Shown here one piece after another: positions 1-9,418 of a stretch of DNA of 64,000 bases. Within the stretch, counting starts at the first letter, position 1. Each line of letters begins with the position of its first letter. Both the position numbers and the translations under genes were made by a program. Source of the DNA: a virus; IMG/VR virus record IMGVR_UViG_3300030090_005562, positions 1-64,000 of that record. The stretch is one strand, 5' to 3'. Under the pieces are notes generated by a model. It was given only the letters and a program-made list of their open reading frames with translations. It ran no database searches and was not told where the DNA came from.

Positions 1-2
1 AC

Positions 3-803
3 GTCAATCCAGATAAAAAATTTGAAGATTCTCCTTGGTTTGGAGCGTGCGCAGAGGACTTAAACTGGAAGCAGCGGGTGAAACTTCAAGCTGCCGCACA
101 ACAGCATATCGACCATGCTATTAGCTCTACATTAAATCTACCAGAAGATGTTTCTGTTGAGCAGGTAGAAGAGATTTATGAAGAGGCGTGGGAAAGAGGA
201 TGTAAGGGAATTACAGTATACAGAAAGAACTGTCGCACAGGAGTTTTGGTAGAGGAGGCGAAGCAAAAGCAGGAAGAATCTCCCGAACAGGCTGCCGAAG
301 ACGAGAAAAGACCTAGAGAGCTTCCCTGTGACGTATATCATATTAGTGTGCGACATAACCAATACTTTGTTTTAGTTGGCCTAAAGGATGGAAAGCCCTA
401 CGAAGTTTTTGCGGGCAAGAACGGTTTTCTTAACAAGAACATAAAGACCGGAAGAATTATAAGAAAAAGAAGAAAGTTTTACAGAGCAGAATTTGACCAC
501 GACGAGGAAACTGAGCTTTCCCCAATCACTGCGGCTTGCAGCGACCACGAAGAAACAATAACCAGACTTATATCTGGATATTTAAGGCTCGGAGTTGACA
601 TGCACTTCATAGTCCAGCAACTCGAAAAGGTTGACGGAGAAATGCATTGCTTTGCTAGAAGCGTTTCAAGAGCTTTGAAAAAGTACATACCAGACGGAAC
701 AGAGGAAAGCGGAGAGGCGTGTCCAGAGTGCGGAACATCTCCTATAGTAAGGCAAGAGGGATGTGTGACTTGTTTATCGTGCGGATGGAGTAAGTGTCTA
801 TAA
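3..803 (+). CDS. nrdJ: Class II (B12-dependent) ribonucleotide reductase, C-terminal part (5'-truncated by window)
   Basis: Frame is open from position 3. Motifs QxxIDxAISSTLNLP and GCKGITVYR, then a TSCPD-like region and a terminal CPECG...EGCVTCLSCGWSKC zinc ribbon typical of NrdJ. Confidence 0.88.
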   Translation, partial: VNPDKKFEDSPWFGACAEDLNWKQRVKLQAAAQQHIDHAISSTLNLPEDVSVEQVEEIYEEAWERGCKGITVYRKNCRTGVLVEEAKQKQEESPEQAAEDEKRPRELPCDVYHISVRHNQYFVLVGLKDGKPYEVFAGKNGFLNKNIKTGRIIRKRRKFYRAEFDHDEETELSPITAACSDHEETITRLISGYLRLGVDMHFIVQQLEKVDGEMHCFARSVSRALKKYIPDGTEESGEACPECGTSPIVRQEGCVTCLSCGWSKCL

Positions 804-1174
804 TGCCCACATATGTATTTAAATGCGAAGAATGCGACTATGAGCTTGAGGTTGAGCAAAGCATCAAAAAGCCCACGCCAAACAGAAAAAAGTGTCCGGC
901 ATGTGGAAAAAATAAATTAGAGAGACTTTTATTTGCCCCACACGTTTACAATAAGCCTGGGGATGATAATATAACATTAGGTCTTCTTGCAGATAGAAAT
1001 TCGTCTAGATTTTCCGACGACCAAAAAGAGGCCCTGGAAAGTAAAAATGGTGTCAAGAAAAAGAAGAAGAGAGAGGGAAAGAATTTCTGGGAAACCTCTG
1101 ATAAAAATATGAAAAAAATATCAGAAATGACCCCTGCGCAAAAGAAAAAGTATATAGAAACGGGAGAAAAATGA
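803..1174 (+). CDS. FmdB-family zinc-ribbon protein
   Basis: MPTYVFKCEEC...CPACG pattern. ATG at 803 overlaps the nrdJ stop (TAATG). Confidence 0.75.
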   Translation: MPTYVFKCEECDYELEVEQSIKKPTPNRKKCPACGKNKLERLLFAPHVYNKPGDDNITLGLLADRNSSRFSDDQKEALESKNGVKKKKKREGKNFWETSDKNMKKISEMTPAQKKKYIETGEK

Positions 1175-1479
1175 AAAACAACCAAGACGAAATAAAGAAA
1201 CAAATTTACGAGAAGACCAGAGAGTATCTTCCAGGGACGACTGTTGCCCAAGTAAAGGTAGAGGTAAGTCTTCACAGAGCATATATTGATTTGAAAACTA
1301 GCGAGAAAATATTTGAGCTTGTGGACATGCATTCTGAAAGATTTGACGCAAGAGTCGATAGCGACGATGCATACGAGGCTAGAGACATAATGAGAAAGAA
1401 TATAATTCAATCATGCAGCAACTGGGATTCTTTACCAAATGATAAAAATGCAAACAACGAAACGGACAAGGATGAGTGA
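1171..1479 (+). CDS. Hypothetical protein
   Basis: ATGA-coupled ORF within the operon, GGAG upstream. Confidence 0.6.
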   Translation: MKNNQDEIKKQIYEKTREYLPGTTVAQVKVEVSLHRAYIDLKTSEKIFELVDMHSERFDARVDSDDAYEARDIMRKNIIQSCSNWDSLPNDKNANNETDKDE

Positions 1480-1720
1480 TTTTACTTTTTTATGTTCAAA
1501 CTGCGATGCGCCTCTAGCAGAATTTTTAGAAAAACCTAAACAAAGCCAAATTTCTAGAAAAATTAAAGCGATGTGTCCCCATTGTGGGGATGCGTCATTC
1601 ACTAAAGACATTACAAGTGAATTTTATATTGGCGCAACAGAGTACACGGCAGTAGAGTCGCTGGAAGAAAAAGACGGGGTTATTATAATAAAAACAATTA
1701 AGAGTAAAAAATATGACTAA
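1472..1720 (+). CDS. Small zinc-ribbon protein
   Basis: CSNC and CPHC pairs. Start likely at ATG 1472. Confidence 0.6.
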   Translation: MSDFTFLCSNCDAPLAEFLEKPKQSQISRKIKAMCPHCGDASFTKDITSEFYIGATEYTAVESLEEKDGVIIIKTIKSKKYD

Positions 1721-2093
1721 ACAATATATAACAAGCACAACTAAGTCAGGGGCCTCTCACGGCTCTGACTCATCTGGTTCACTTGAAAGCGCTTTATTTT
1801 ATGGCTCTGGAGGTGAGATTGAATCGGATGGAACAGACTGCTACGCCAAAAAAAATCATTTTAAAAATGCGCAGGGTGAGGACAGAGAGTCTTACTATAT
1901 AAAGTCTGGCAGAGACGGTTCTTTATTTGACCCATGGGGCATGTTTACTGAAGGCACCGAAAAGAAAGAGTTTGGAAGTGAATCTTACTGGAGGTTTAAA
2001 GCAGTAAATAAAAAGTGCTTTGAATTGTATGTGAGATTTTTAGAGTCTAAAAACAACTCGTTTAAGCTGCACGCAGAAAGAGAGATAGGATAA
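1713..2093 (+). CDS. Hypothetical phage protein
   Basis: Overlap-coupled 126 aa ORF. Confidence 0.6.
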   Translation: MTKQYITSTTKSGASHGSDSSGSLESALFYGSGGEIESDGTDCYAKKNHFKNAQGEDRESYYIKSGRDGSLFDPWGMFTEGTEKKEFGSESYWRFKAVNKKCFELYVRFLESKNNSFKLHAEREIG

Positions 2094-2464
2094 TGCCTAA
2101 AGCAAGAGAATTAACAGAAGTAGAAAAATTTTATATTGAAAACAACCCACAGCAGAGCGACGAAGAAATTGCCTCGCAAATCAAAGGAGTTGGTGCAAAA
2201 ACAGTAGAAAAGTTTCGCGCGTCAATCACTCCCGCTCAGGATGACAAGAGAGATTCAATCACCGAAACTAGAGAAGAGAGAATCGACAGGCTTGGCAATG
2301 GAGCAAAAGCAGGTGATTTTATAGCCAAACAAAGCGGGGCATCTATAATGACTCAACAAGCGTCTGAGGTTACAGATGCTAGAGCGATTGTTCACGGAAC
2401 TAGAATGAATAAAGCTGAATACGAATCTAAAAACAAAGATAAAATTCATAAACCGCAAAATTAA
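2093..2464 (+). CDS. Hypothetical protein with possible N-terminal HTH/HhH
   Basis: SDEEIASQIKGVGAKTVEKFR resembles an HTH/HhH motif. TAATG coupling. Confidence 0.55.
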   Translation: MPKARELTEVEKFYIENNPQQSDEEIASQIKGVGAKTVEKFRASITPAQDDKRDSITETREERIDRLGNGAKAGDFIAKQSGASIMTQQASEVTDARAIVHGTRMNKAEYESKNKDKIHKPQN

Positions 2465-2467
2465 ACG

Positions 2468-2935
2468 ATGACTAATCAAGACATAGCCTCTACATCTTAC
2501 GGACTTTGCATTGAAGATTGTAAATATTTGGAGGATAAAAGCATCTGGATTGCAACGCTATCCAATGGCTTAACAGTTTACCAGGATGACCACAAATCTG
2601 GGAAAGAGCCCATAGCGTGGAAAAGGCTGTCTAAATACTGCAAAGAAAACGATGTTTTTGTCATAGGTATGTGTTTAAAATTTCGCTCTAACGTAATCAT
2701 AATAAAAACTCCAGACGAGATTGATGGATTTTATTTTGCTTATGGTGCCCAGAGAGAGTTTGATGAAGATGTTACTAGAGCTTACTATGTTGTAGGCTAT
2801 GCTAAGAGAGGCAATATATACTCTAACTGGTACACAATACCTGAACTTCTAAAGCATAAAGAGTCTAATCGAACCCTCACTCAAAAAGACCTGGAAGACG
2901 AAAGATTAATAGTCAGCCCGGCTTACACAAATTGA
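2468..2935 (+). CDS. Hypothetical phage protein
   Basis: 155 aa ORF filling the operon. Confidence 0.6.
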   Translation: MTNQDIASTSYGLCIEDCKYLEDKSIWIATLSNGLTVYQDDHKSGKEPIAWKRLSKYCKENDVFVIGMCLKFRSNVIIIKTPDEIDGFYFAYGAQREFDEDVTRAYYVVGYAKRGNIYSNWYTIPELLKHKESNRTLTQKDLEDERLIVSPAYTN

Positions 2936-2959
2936 CAACTTCTTCTCTTAAGCTATAAT
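2932..2959 (+). promoter_or_regulatory. Sigma70-type promoter
   Basis: TTGACA (2932-2937), 16 nt spacer, TATAAT (2954-2959), in one of the few intergenic gaps and 10 nt before ATG 2970. Confidence 0.8.
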
Positions 2960-2969
2960 AAGCTATATT

Positions 2970-3437
2970 ATGGCAACTGAAAAAACACAAAAATGTAAAT
3001 TCCACTCCGATTATGGTGGAGGTTACGTTCGTGAAGACCAGTGGATAACTGAGAGGCTTTGCGCTTTAATTGCAAAGAAAAACGGTACAGAGCTTCCAGA
3101 TAAGTTTTGGAATCTTCCAAAATGGAAAAGCATATTTCGGAGACAAGTGCAAATAGCCGTAAAGCTACTATCTGTGTATAAAGCTGAAGTGGTTTCAATG
3201 GCCCTGAGAGACAAAAGATGCAGGAACGTCCGCTCATTTGCTGCGTTCAAGGCTGGCACATTTTTTTCAAAAGTTTTAAAAGAGTATCAAGCTAAATATG
3301 ATGCGGAGATGAAATCTAAAGAGGTTCAGCTTGAGATTAGAAGCACAACCTCTATACCTAAACGTACTGTAAAAGATAACAAATTATCGAGGTTAAAAAA
3401 TATAGATGGCAAAACAAGACCCATTCAAAGTGGCTAA
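2970..3437 (+). CDS. Hypothetical basic protein heading the replication operon
   Basis: 155 aa Lys/Arg-rich ORF directly after the promoter. Confidence 0.65.
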   Translation: MATEKTQKCKFHSDYGGGYVREDQWITERLCALIAKKNGTELPDKFWNLPKWKSIFRRQVQIAVKLLSVYKAEVVSMALRDKRCRNVRSFAAFKAGTFFSKVLKEYQAKYDAEMKSKEVQLEIRSTTSIPKRTVKDNKLSRLKNIDGKTRPIQSG

Positions 3438-4530
3438 AGATTTATTGGCTAAACATGGAGACAATATAGTAAGAAGCGGAGACGCAATGGTTTCCGATAA
3501 ACAGGAAATTGTTTCTGTTTCTCCATTGATTGATGTGAACATAGGAGGAGGAATACCCGAAGGCTCAGTAGTTCTTCTTGCTGGCGATGAGAAATGCGGT
3601 AAAACAGTTACAGCATTGCAGATTTGCAAAAACGCACAGGATATGGGTAAAAACATATACTACCTAAACATCGAGGCTAGGTTGAAATCTAGAGACCTAG
3701 AAGGCATAGAGGGATTAGACTTAGAAAAAATAAACGTAGTAAGCTCATACAGGGAGGATGACAGTGAAGGAAATTTGGTTCAAAGTAAAATCCTTAGTGG
3801 AGAAGAGTGGCTCAGTTTCGCTGAGAATTTTATACATAATGACCCTGGATGCGTTGTTGTTCTTGATTCTATTTCTCAGCTTGTAACTGAACGTCAATTA
3901 CAGGCAGATATTGGCGATGTAACTGGTGACGGAGGGTTCAGGCTTCTGTCTCAATTCATAGGCAGAATAGCTCCAGTTGTGGTTGTAAATAAATGTATCG
4001 TGATTGGAATCCAGCATCTAATTGCAAATACACGCGCAAGGCCAGGACAAAAAACAAAAAGCAGGAGTGGTGGTCGTAAGATTAGATATGCGGTTGACGT
4101 AGACCTTGAATGCACATATATACAGCCGTGGAAAGCATCCTCTGCGGATGACGCGGAACAGATAGGGCAAAGGGTCAACTGGATTACCCGCTCTACTGCT
4201 AGGCCGATACCTCCAGGACGAAAGATTGAGTCTTTATTGAGGTATGGGGTTGGACTTGACAAAATAGGAGAGCTGATTAGCCTTGGAAAAAGCCTTGGTT
4301 TTATAAGGGTGTCTGGCTCTTGGTATGTTTTAGATTATATGCAGAATCATCTCGACATTTTAGGAGTAGATGAATGGGCTGTGGACAAGAAAGGGAAGCT
4401 AACCCCAGAAATGTCAAAGCTCGTACAAGCTCAAGGAGAACACAAGGCTCACGATTTGCTTAAAGCTAACCCAGATTATTTGGATTGTTTACAAAAAGAC
4501 ATATATGAAATGCTTGGGATGAGTGAATGA
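3406..4530 (+). CDS. recA: RecA/UvsX-like recombinase
   Basis: IGGGIPEG, Walker A GDEKCGKT, Walker B VVVLDSI, SGGRKIRY, SGSWY. Confidence 0.9.
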   Translation: MAKQDPFKVAKDLLAKHGDNIVRSGDAMVSDKQEIVSVSPLIDVNIGGGIPEGSVVLLAGDEKCGKTVTALQICKNAQDMGKNIYYLNIEARLKSRDLEGIEGLDLEKINVVSSYREDDSEGNLVQSKILSGEEWLSFAENFIHNDPGCVVVLDSISQLVTERQLQADIGDVTGDGGFRLLSQFIGRIAPVVVVNKCIVIGIQHLIANTRARPGQKTKSRSGGRKIRYAVDVDLECTYIQPWKASSADDAEQIGQRVNWITRSTARPIPPGRKIESLLRYGVGLDKIGELISLGKSLGFIRVSGSWYVLDYMQNHLDILGVDEWAVDKKGKLTPEMSKLVQAQGEHKAHDLLKANPDYLDCLQKDIYEMLGMSE

Positions 4531-4925
4531 AGGTAGTAGACTTTAACGGAAAAGAACACAACTTCCCTCCAACGGGTCATCAGCCTGACTTGGATGACGG
4601 AAGAAAAAGAAGCGACCTTCATCTTCATGCTAGAAGGCTATTGAAAGAGATTTACCCTACGCAAAGAATACTAGAAGAAGTGCCTCTGCCTGGAACTAGA
4701 CAATACGCAGACTTTTACCTCCCCCACAGGAAAGCGGTTGTTGAGGTCCACGGCAGACAGCACTATGAGTTTGTTGCACACTTTCATGAAGATAGATGGG
4801 GTTTTGCCAAGTCAAAGCAAAATGATTCTAAGAAAGAAAGTTGGTGTGATATGAATAATATTAAGTATATAGTTTTACCATACAATAAGGTTAATGATTG
4901 GGATGACATCATATCAGAGTCTTGA
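4527..4925 (+). CDS. DUF559/Vsr-like endonuclease
   Basis: EEV...ADFYLP...VVEVHGRQH...ND.KK pattern. Confidence 0.7.
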   Translation: MKVVDFNGKEHNFPPTGHQPDLDDGRKRSDLHLHARRLLKEIYPTQRILEEVPLPGTRQYADFYLPHRKAVVEVHGRQHYEFVAHFHEDRWGFAKSKQNDSKKESWCDMNNIKYIVLPYNKVNDWDDIISES

Positions 4926-5391
4926 TGAGAGGTGGGAACAAGTAGAGAAAGCCCTAAAGCAGTTTGAGGTTGCTGTAGGGCTTGGTTCTTTAGGTCCAAC
5001 CGAAGTTAATAGGTGGATAAATATAACCCCTCAACTGTTGAACAAGCTTTCGGAACAGGAGTGTGCAGAAGGCGCGTACTTGCTTGTACAGGAAGCCACC
5101 TTTGTGCAGTCTCAGATTAATGTTTTACAGTCAAAGATAGATTGGTGCAATAGAAAGATAAACTCAATCATAGCACCAATAATCAAAAACCAAATCACAC
5201 GATATATGGAAAACGAATTAAAAAGAGCTTACGCAGTAAAGCAGGATGATGTTGCTGAGAGGCTACAACAAATAGCTGATGAAGCGTCTAGCTATCACTC
5301 ACGACTGATTTACCTACCTAACTCTTTGAGGGCACAAGCTGATAAGCTAACTAAATATCAAGAAATAAAGAGAGGTCAAAATTATGCCTGA
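4894..5391 (+). CDS. Coiled-coil protein, possibly a UvsY-like recombination mediator
   Basis: All-helical 165 aa protein downstream of recA. The function is inferred from context only. Confidence 0.4.
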   Translation: MIGMTSYQSLDERWEQVEKALKQFEVAVGLGSLGPTEVNRWINITPQLLNKLSEQECAEGAYLLVQEATFVQSQINVLQSKIDWCNRKINSIIAPIIKNQITRYMENELKRAYAVKQDDVAERLQQIADEASSYHSRLIYLPNSLRAQADKLTKYQEIKRGQNYA

Positions 5392-6031
5392 TTTTTCAGA
5401 GATACTAAAGATAGCCGTAGAACAACAAGACTGGCAGTTAATATGCGGTCTTTATACAAATATAACAGGAGAGCCTCTTTCAGTTCCGACTGCCGAGCAG
5501 ATAAAAAAAGAAGAAGAGGATGTTCTTGCAAAAGAATATTCTGTGGAAGAACTTAAATACCAGAATCAACTTCCCCCAGAAGAGCAAGACTTAAAATTAG
5601 TTGATAAAAATATTGACAACATGGTAGACAGCAGATATAATGATTTTACAGCTCCGCCAAGAAACACAGAGAATAAAAATTTTTCAGGCAGGCAAATGCG
5701 CTCAGAGGCTGTTGGAAGGAGTAAGCTCACAAATGTTGTTGGTGTTAGCGAAGAGGGATTCGTTGATGATTTGACAGAATCTCTTACCGACCCAGAGACA
5801 GGCGAAAAGCTAGTAGGCAACAATAAAAACGTAAAGGTAACCCCTAGAAATAGAAGAAAGCAGCTCGGCATGAATGATACATCTGTAATTAACGCTACAT
5901 GCTCTTCTTGCAGAAAACAATTTAAGGTTGCTTCATCAATAGCTTTTGGGTACTCAGATTCGGAATCTGAAAATACTTGGGAATGCAATGATTGCACTGT
6001 AAGAAAGGGTCGTCGTGACAGAGGTAGATAA
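5384..6031 (+). CDS. Hypothetical protein with C-terminal zinc ribbon
   Basis: CSSC...CNDC near the C-terminus. Confidence 0.6.
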   Translation: MPDFSEILKIAVEQQDWQLICGLYTNITGEPLSVPTAEQIKKEEEDVLAKEYSVEELKYQNQLPPEEQDLKLVDKNIDNMVDSRYNDFTAPPRNTENKNFSGRQMRSEAVGRSKLTNVVGVSEEGFVDDLTESLTDPETGEKLVGNNKNVKVTPRNRRKQLGMNDTSVINATCSSCRKQFKVASSIAFGYSDSESENTWECNDCTVRKGRRDRGR

Positions 6032-7508
6032 TTCTAATCGTAACGTAGCTGCTGAAAGAGCCGTGCTGGCTGGACTATATACTTATGGCATTGATGCCTA
6101 TCTTGATGTTGCTCCGATGCTAACACCGATGTCATTTACTGACAGGTCTAATCAGGCAATTTACAAATGCTTTTGTCACTTATTTGAAGACAAAGAGCTT
6201 AAACAGCTTGATGAGTCCTCAGTATTTTCTGCCTCAAAAGACCTTGGATACTCTTGGCTTGTAGAGAAGAAGGACGAAATAAACCACCTTCACAGTATTT
6301 TTAACACGCATATATTGCTAGAGAATGTTAGGTCTTTTAGCGCAAAGATTAGCAGGCTTGAGGTCGCAAGGATGCTGCGACAACAAATGAGGGACGCTGA
6401 CGCTTCACTAAACGATGTTGGTGGAGATGAGCCGATTGAGCATATACTAGGCATAGCAGAAAAATGCATATTTGATTTTACAAGCAAGCTTACTAACTCT
6501 AGCGGCACTGACCCTCAGAGACTTAGCGAGGGGATGAGAGAGCATATCATGGATAGGCTTGACAATCCAACTGAAGTTATTGGCCTCCCCACGCCTTGGC
6601 CCGCCTACAATGAAGCAATCGGAGGTGGTTGCAGGAGAAAAGCGGTTAGTATGATTGGGGCAAGAAGCGGCGTTGGTAAGAGTATGCTGTCTGACAATCT
6701 GGCAAAACACTTGGCTGAACTTGATATACCCGTCTTATATCTTGACACTGAGATGTCAGATGAAGACCACTGGTACAGAATAGGGGCAAACTATGCGGAC
6801 GTTACTATTAATGACCTTGAAAGCGGGAGATGCGGTCAAAACTTTTCTGAAAAAGAAAGAGTTGTCAAGGCATTGGACAAGATTGAGTCTCTTCCCATTG
6901 ACTACATAAACATATCAGGAATACCGTTTGAAGAAAGTCTTGCAATAATTAGACGGTGGATTCATAAGAACGTTGGGTTTGAAGATGACGGTCGCACAAA
7001 AGACTGCATGGTTATATATGATTATGTGAAGCTGATGAACGGCGAAGACTTAAAGATTGGTGTTCAGGAATACCAAGTGCTGGGATTCATGATGACCTCT
7101 CTGCACAACCTTGCTGTCAGAAACGATATACCCATATTTACCATGATTCAACTTAACAGAGATGGCATAGATAAAGAAACGGCTGATGTTGTTGCTGGCT
7201 CAGACAGAGTGATGTGGCTAACCACAAACTTCTCTATTTTTAAACCTAAAAGCGATGAAGAGCTTCAGATGTCTGCGGCGGAAGAGGGCACGCATAAATT
7301 AGTAATTGTTAAGCATAGGCATGGGCCAGGAATGACCAGAGGTGATTATATAAATATGAAGATGGAGGGTTCCAAAGCAAGAATTACCGAAGGCAAAACA
7401 AAGCTAAAGATACAAAGAGAAAATGAAAGAGGAATAAATCCACAGCCAGAAAACGTATCTGAGGAAGTAAACGACATACCATTTGGCGTTGATAATGCAG
7501 GAAACTAA
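6015..7508 (+). CDS. dnaB: Replicative DNA helicase
   Basis: AERAVLAG N-domain, Walker A GARSGVGKS, DTEM, VIYDYV, IQLNR, KHRHGP. Confidence 0.93.
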   Translation: MTEVDNSNRNVAAERAVLAGLYTYGIDAYLDVAPMLTPMSFTDRSNQAIYKCFCHLFEDKELKQLDESSVFSASKDLGYSWLVEKKDEINHLHSIFNTHILLENVRSFSAKISRLEVARMLRQQMRDADASLNDVGGDEPIEHILGIAEKCIFDFTSKLTNSSGTDPQRLSEGMREHIMDRLDNPTEVIGLPTPWPAYNEAIGGGCRRKAVSMIGARSGVGKSMLSDNLAKHLAELDIPVLYLDTEMSDEDHWYRIGANYADVTINDLESGRCGQNFSEKERVVKALDKIESLPIDYINISGIPFEESLAIIRRWIHKNVGFEDDGRTKDCMVIYDYVKLMNGEDLKIGVQEYQVLGFMMTSLHNLAVRNDIPIFTMIQLNRDGIDKETADVVAGSDRVMWLTTNFSIFKPKSDEELQMSAAEEGTHKLVIVKHRHGPGMTRGDYINMKMEGSKARITEGKTKLKIQRENERGINPQPENVSEEVNDIPFGVDNAGN

Positions 7509-8637
7509 AGACCCATACTTTGATTACGACCTTATAGAAGAAGTTAAGGACTTGGCGTGCGCAAGCATAGAAGAGCTTTTAACAGCTTTAGATGTAGACT
7601 TTAGGCAGAACGGAAAAATGTTTTGTGGCCCTTGCCCAGTTCATGGCGGCGATAACTTGAGTGCATGGAATCTTTACCCAGAAGGAGAGCAGGTTAGGGG
7701 CTACTGGGTTTGCAGGACTCATCACTGCGAAAAGAAAAAGAGCAAAGAAGACCGACTGCTTTACGGGTCAACTATAATTGGGTTTGTAAGAGGCGTGCTG
7801 TCTAATCAACAGGGAAAGCATGTAAGCTATAAAAAGGCTATAGATTTTATAGTTGATTTCTTAGGGTATAAGTCTTTAACAGAGATATCTAAGCCTGACG
7901 CAGAGGCGATAGAGAGGCGAAAATACATCTCCTCCATGAAAAAATTGAGCCTTGCACCGAAACAAAAAAGCATAGGGTGGGATAGAGAAAAAGTAAGAAA
8001 AACACTTAACATACCTTGTGAGTATTATTTAAACAGAGGTTACTCGCCAGAGGTGCTTGACAAGTATGATGTAGGGCTATATAATAAGCGTAATAGAGTA
8101 GTTGTACCGGTTTACGACGACTCGTATAAATATGTTGCGGGTTTTCTTGCAAGGTCGGTCTGGGACCAATGTAACAAATGCGGCAAATGGCACGAGCCAA
8201 CTCAAAAATGCCCAACTAAAGGCTATGAAATAAAAGAGTGTGAGAAGTGGCTAAATGGAAGTTTTGAGTCTACAAACTATCTGTACAACTATTGGTTCGC
8301 CTCTGAGCATATTAGAAAGACAGGCGTTGCGATACTGGTTGAGGGTGCTGGCGATGTTTGGAGGCTAGAAGAAAACGGCATACATGTAAGCTTAGGTCTA
8401 TTCGGCACAGACCTAACAGATGCTCAAAGAGTTTTGCTGGACAGGTCGGGCGCATTGTCTATTGTGGTAATGCTCGACTCGGACGAAGCTGGAATAGAAG
8501 GGTCAAAGAAACTGAACCAACAACTATCTAGACAGTATAGAATGTACTTCCCTAAAATAAAAGACGATGCAGGTGAACTTGGAAAAGACGAAATTACAGA
8601 AGATATAAAACCAATGATACAAAAGGCTATGCAATGA
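7495..8637 (+). CDS. dnaG: DNA primase
   Basis: CPVH...C..HC zinc finger, TOPRIM motifs LVEGAGD and LDSDEAG, KDDAGE. Confidence 0.88.
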   Translation: MQETKDPYFDYDLIEEVKDLACASIEELLTALDVDFRQNGKMFCGPCPVHGGDNLSAWNLYPEGEQVRGYWVCRTHHCEKKKSKEDRLLYGSTIIGFVRGVLSNQQGKHVSYKKAIDFIVDFLGYKSLTEISKPDAEAIERRKYISSMKKLSLAPKQKSIGWDREKVRKTLNIPCEYYLNRGYSPEVLDKYDVGLYNKRNRVVVPVYDDSYKYVAGFLARSVWDQCNKCGKWHEPTQKCPTKGYEIKECEKWLNGSFESTNYLYNYWFASEHIRKTGVAILVEGAGDVWRLEENGIHVSLGLFGTDLTDAQRVLLDRSGALSIVVMLDSDEAGIEGSKKLNQQLSRQYRMYFPKIKDDAGELGKDEITEDIKPMIQKAMQ

Positions 8638-9416
8638 CGAATATACTTGCTATATCAGGAAAAAAACAGTCAGGTAAAACTACTTGCGGCAATTTTTTGT
8701 TCGGCTGCGCGATGGTTTCTAATGAAACTGTTGAGTATGCAAATATTGACGAGCATGGCAATCTCGTTGTTCCATACGAGGACCAAGACGGCGAACTAAA
8801 ACCGTGTGTATTCCCCACCGACAGTCTGCATCCAAGCATGGTGGCTTACATGAGAGAAAACATTTGGCCGTCAGTAAAAATATATAATTTTGCAGATAAT
8901 TTAAAGAGGGTGTGCATAGATGTGCTTGGACTAACAGAGAGGCAATGTTACGGCACTGACAATGAAAAGAATACGCTGACGAAATTTAATTGGTCTGATA
9001 TGCCGTCCATGGAAAATAAAGCGTCGAGCCCGATGACTGCCAGAGAAGTTATGCAGTATGTTGGCACAGATTTTTTTAGAAAGATATACCCGAATGTTTG
9101 GGTAGATTCAACTATAAGAAAAATTGAAAGTGAGGCCCCAGACCTAGCAGTTATTGTTGATTGCAGATTTCCAAATGAGACAAAAGGAGTAAAGGAGGCT
9201 GGAGGCAAAGTAATTAGACTAAGTAGAGACATGTTTAAAGGACAAGACATGCATGCCAGTGAGACTGCGTTAGATGACTACGACGATTTTGACGCAGTTA
9301 TTGACAATCAAGAAATGAGTGTCGCAGAACAGAATGAAGCCGTTTATAATCAATTAGTGGACTGGAGTTTTGTTGACTTTAAGGCTGTTGCAGGGACGCA
9401 TAAATCAGCAGAGTAA
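8634..9416 (+). CDS. Deoxynucleoside monophosphate kinase
   Basis: GKKQSGKTT P-loop, FADNLK, AREVMQYVGT, DCRFPNE, HASE (T4 gp1-like). Confidence 0.9.
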   Translation: MTNILAISGKKQSGKTTCGNFLFGCAMVSNETVEYANIDEHGNLVVPYEDQDGELKPCVFPTDSLHPSMVAYMRENIWPSVKIYNFADNLKRVCIDVLGLTERQCYGTDNEKNTLTKFNWSDMPSMENKASSPMTAREVMQYVGTDFFRKIYPNVWVDSTIRKIESEAPDLAVIVDCRFPNETKGVKEAGGKVIRLSRDMFKGQDMHASETALDDYDDFDAVIDNQEMSVAEQNEAVYNQLVDWSFVDFKAVAGTHKSAE

Positions 9417-9418
9417 TT

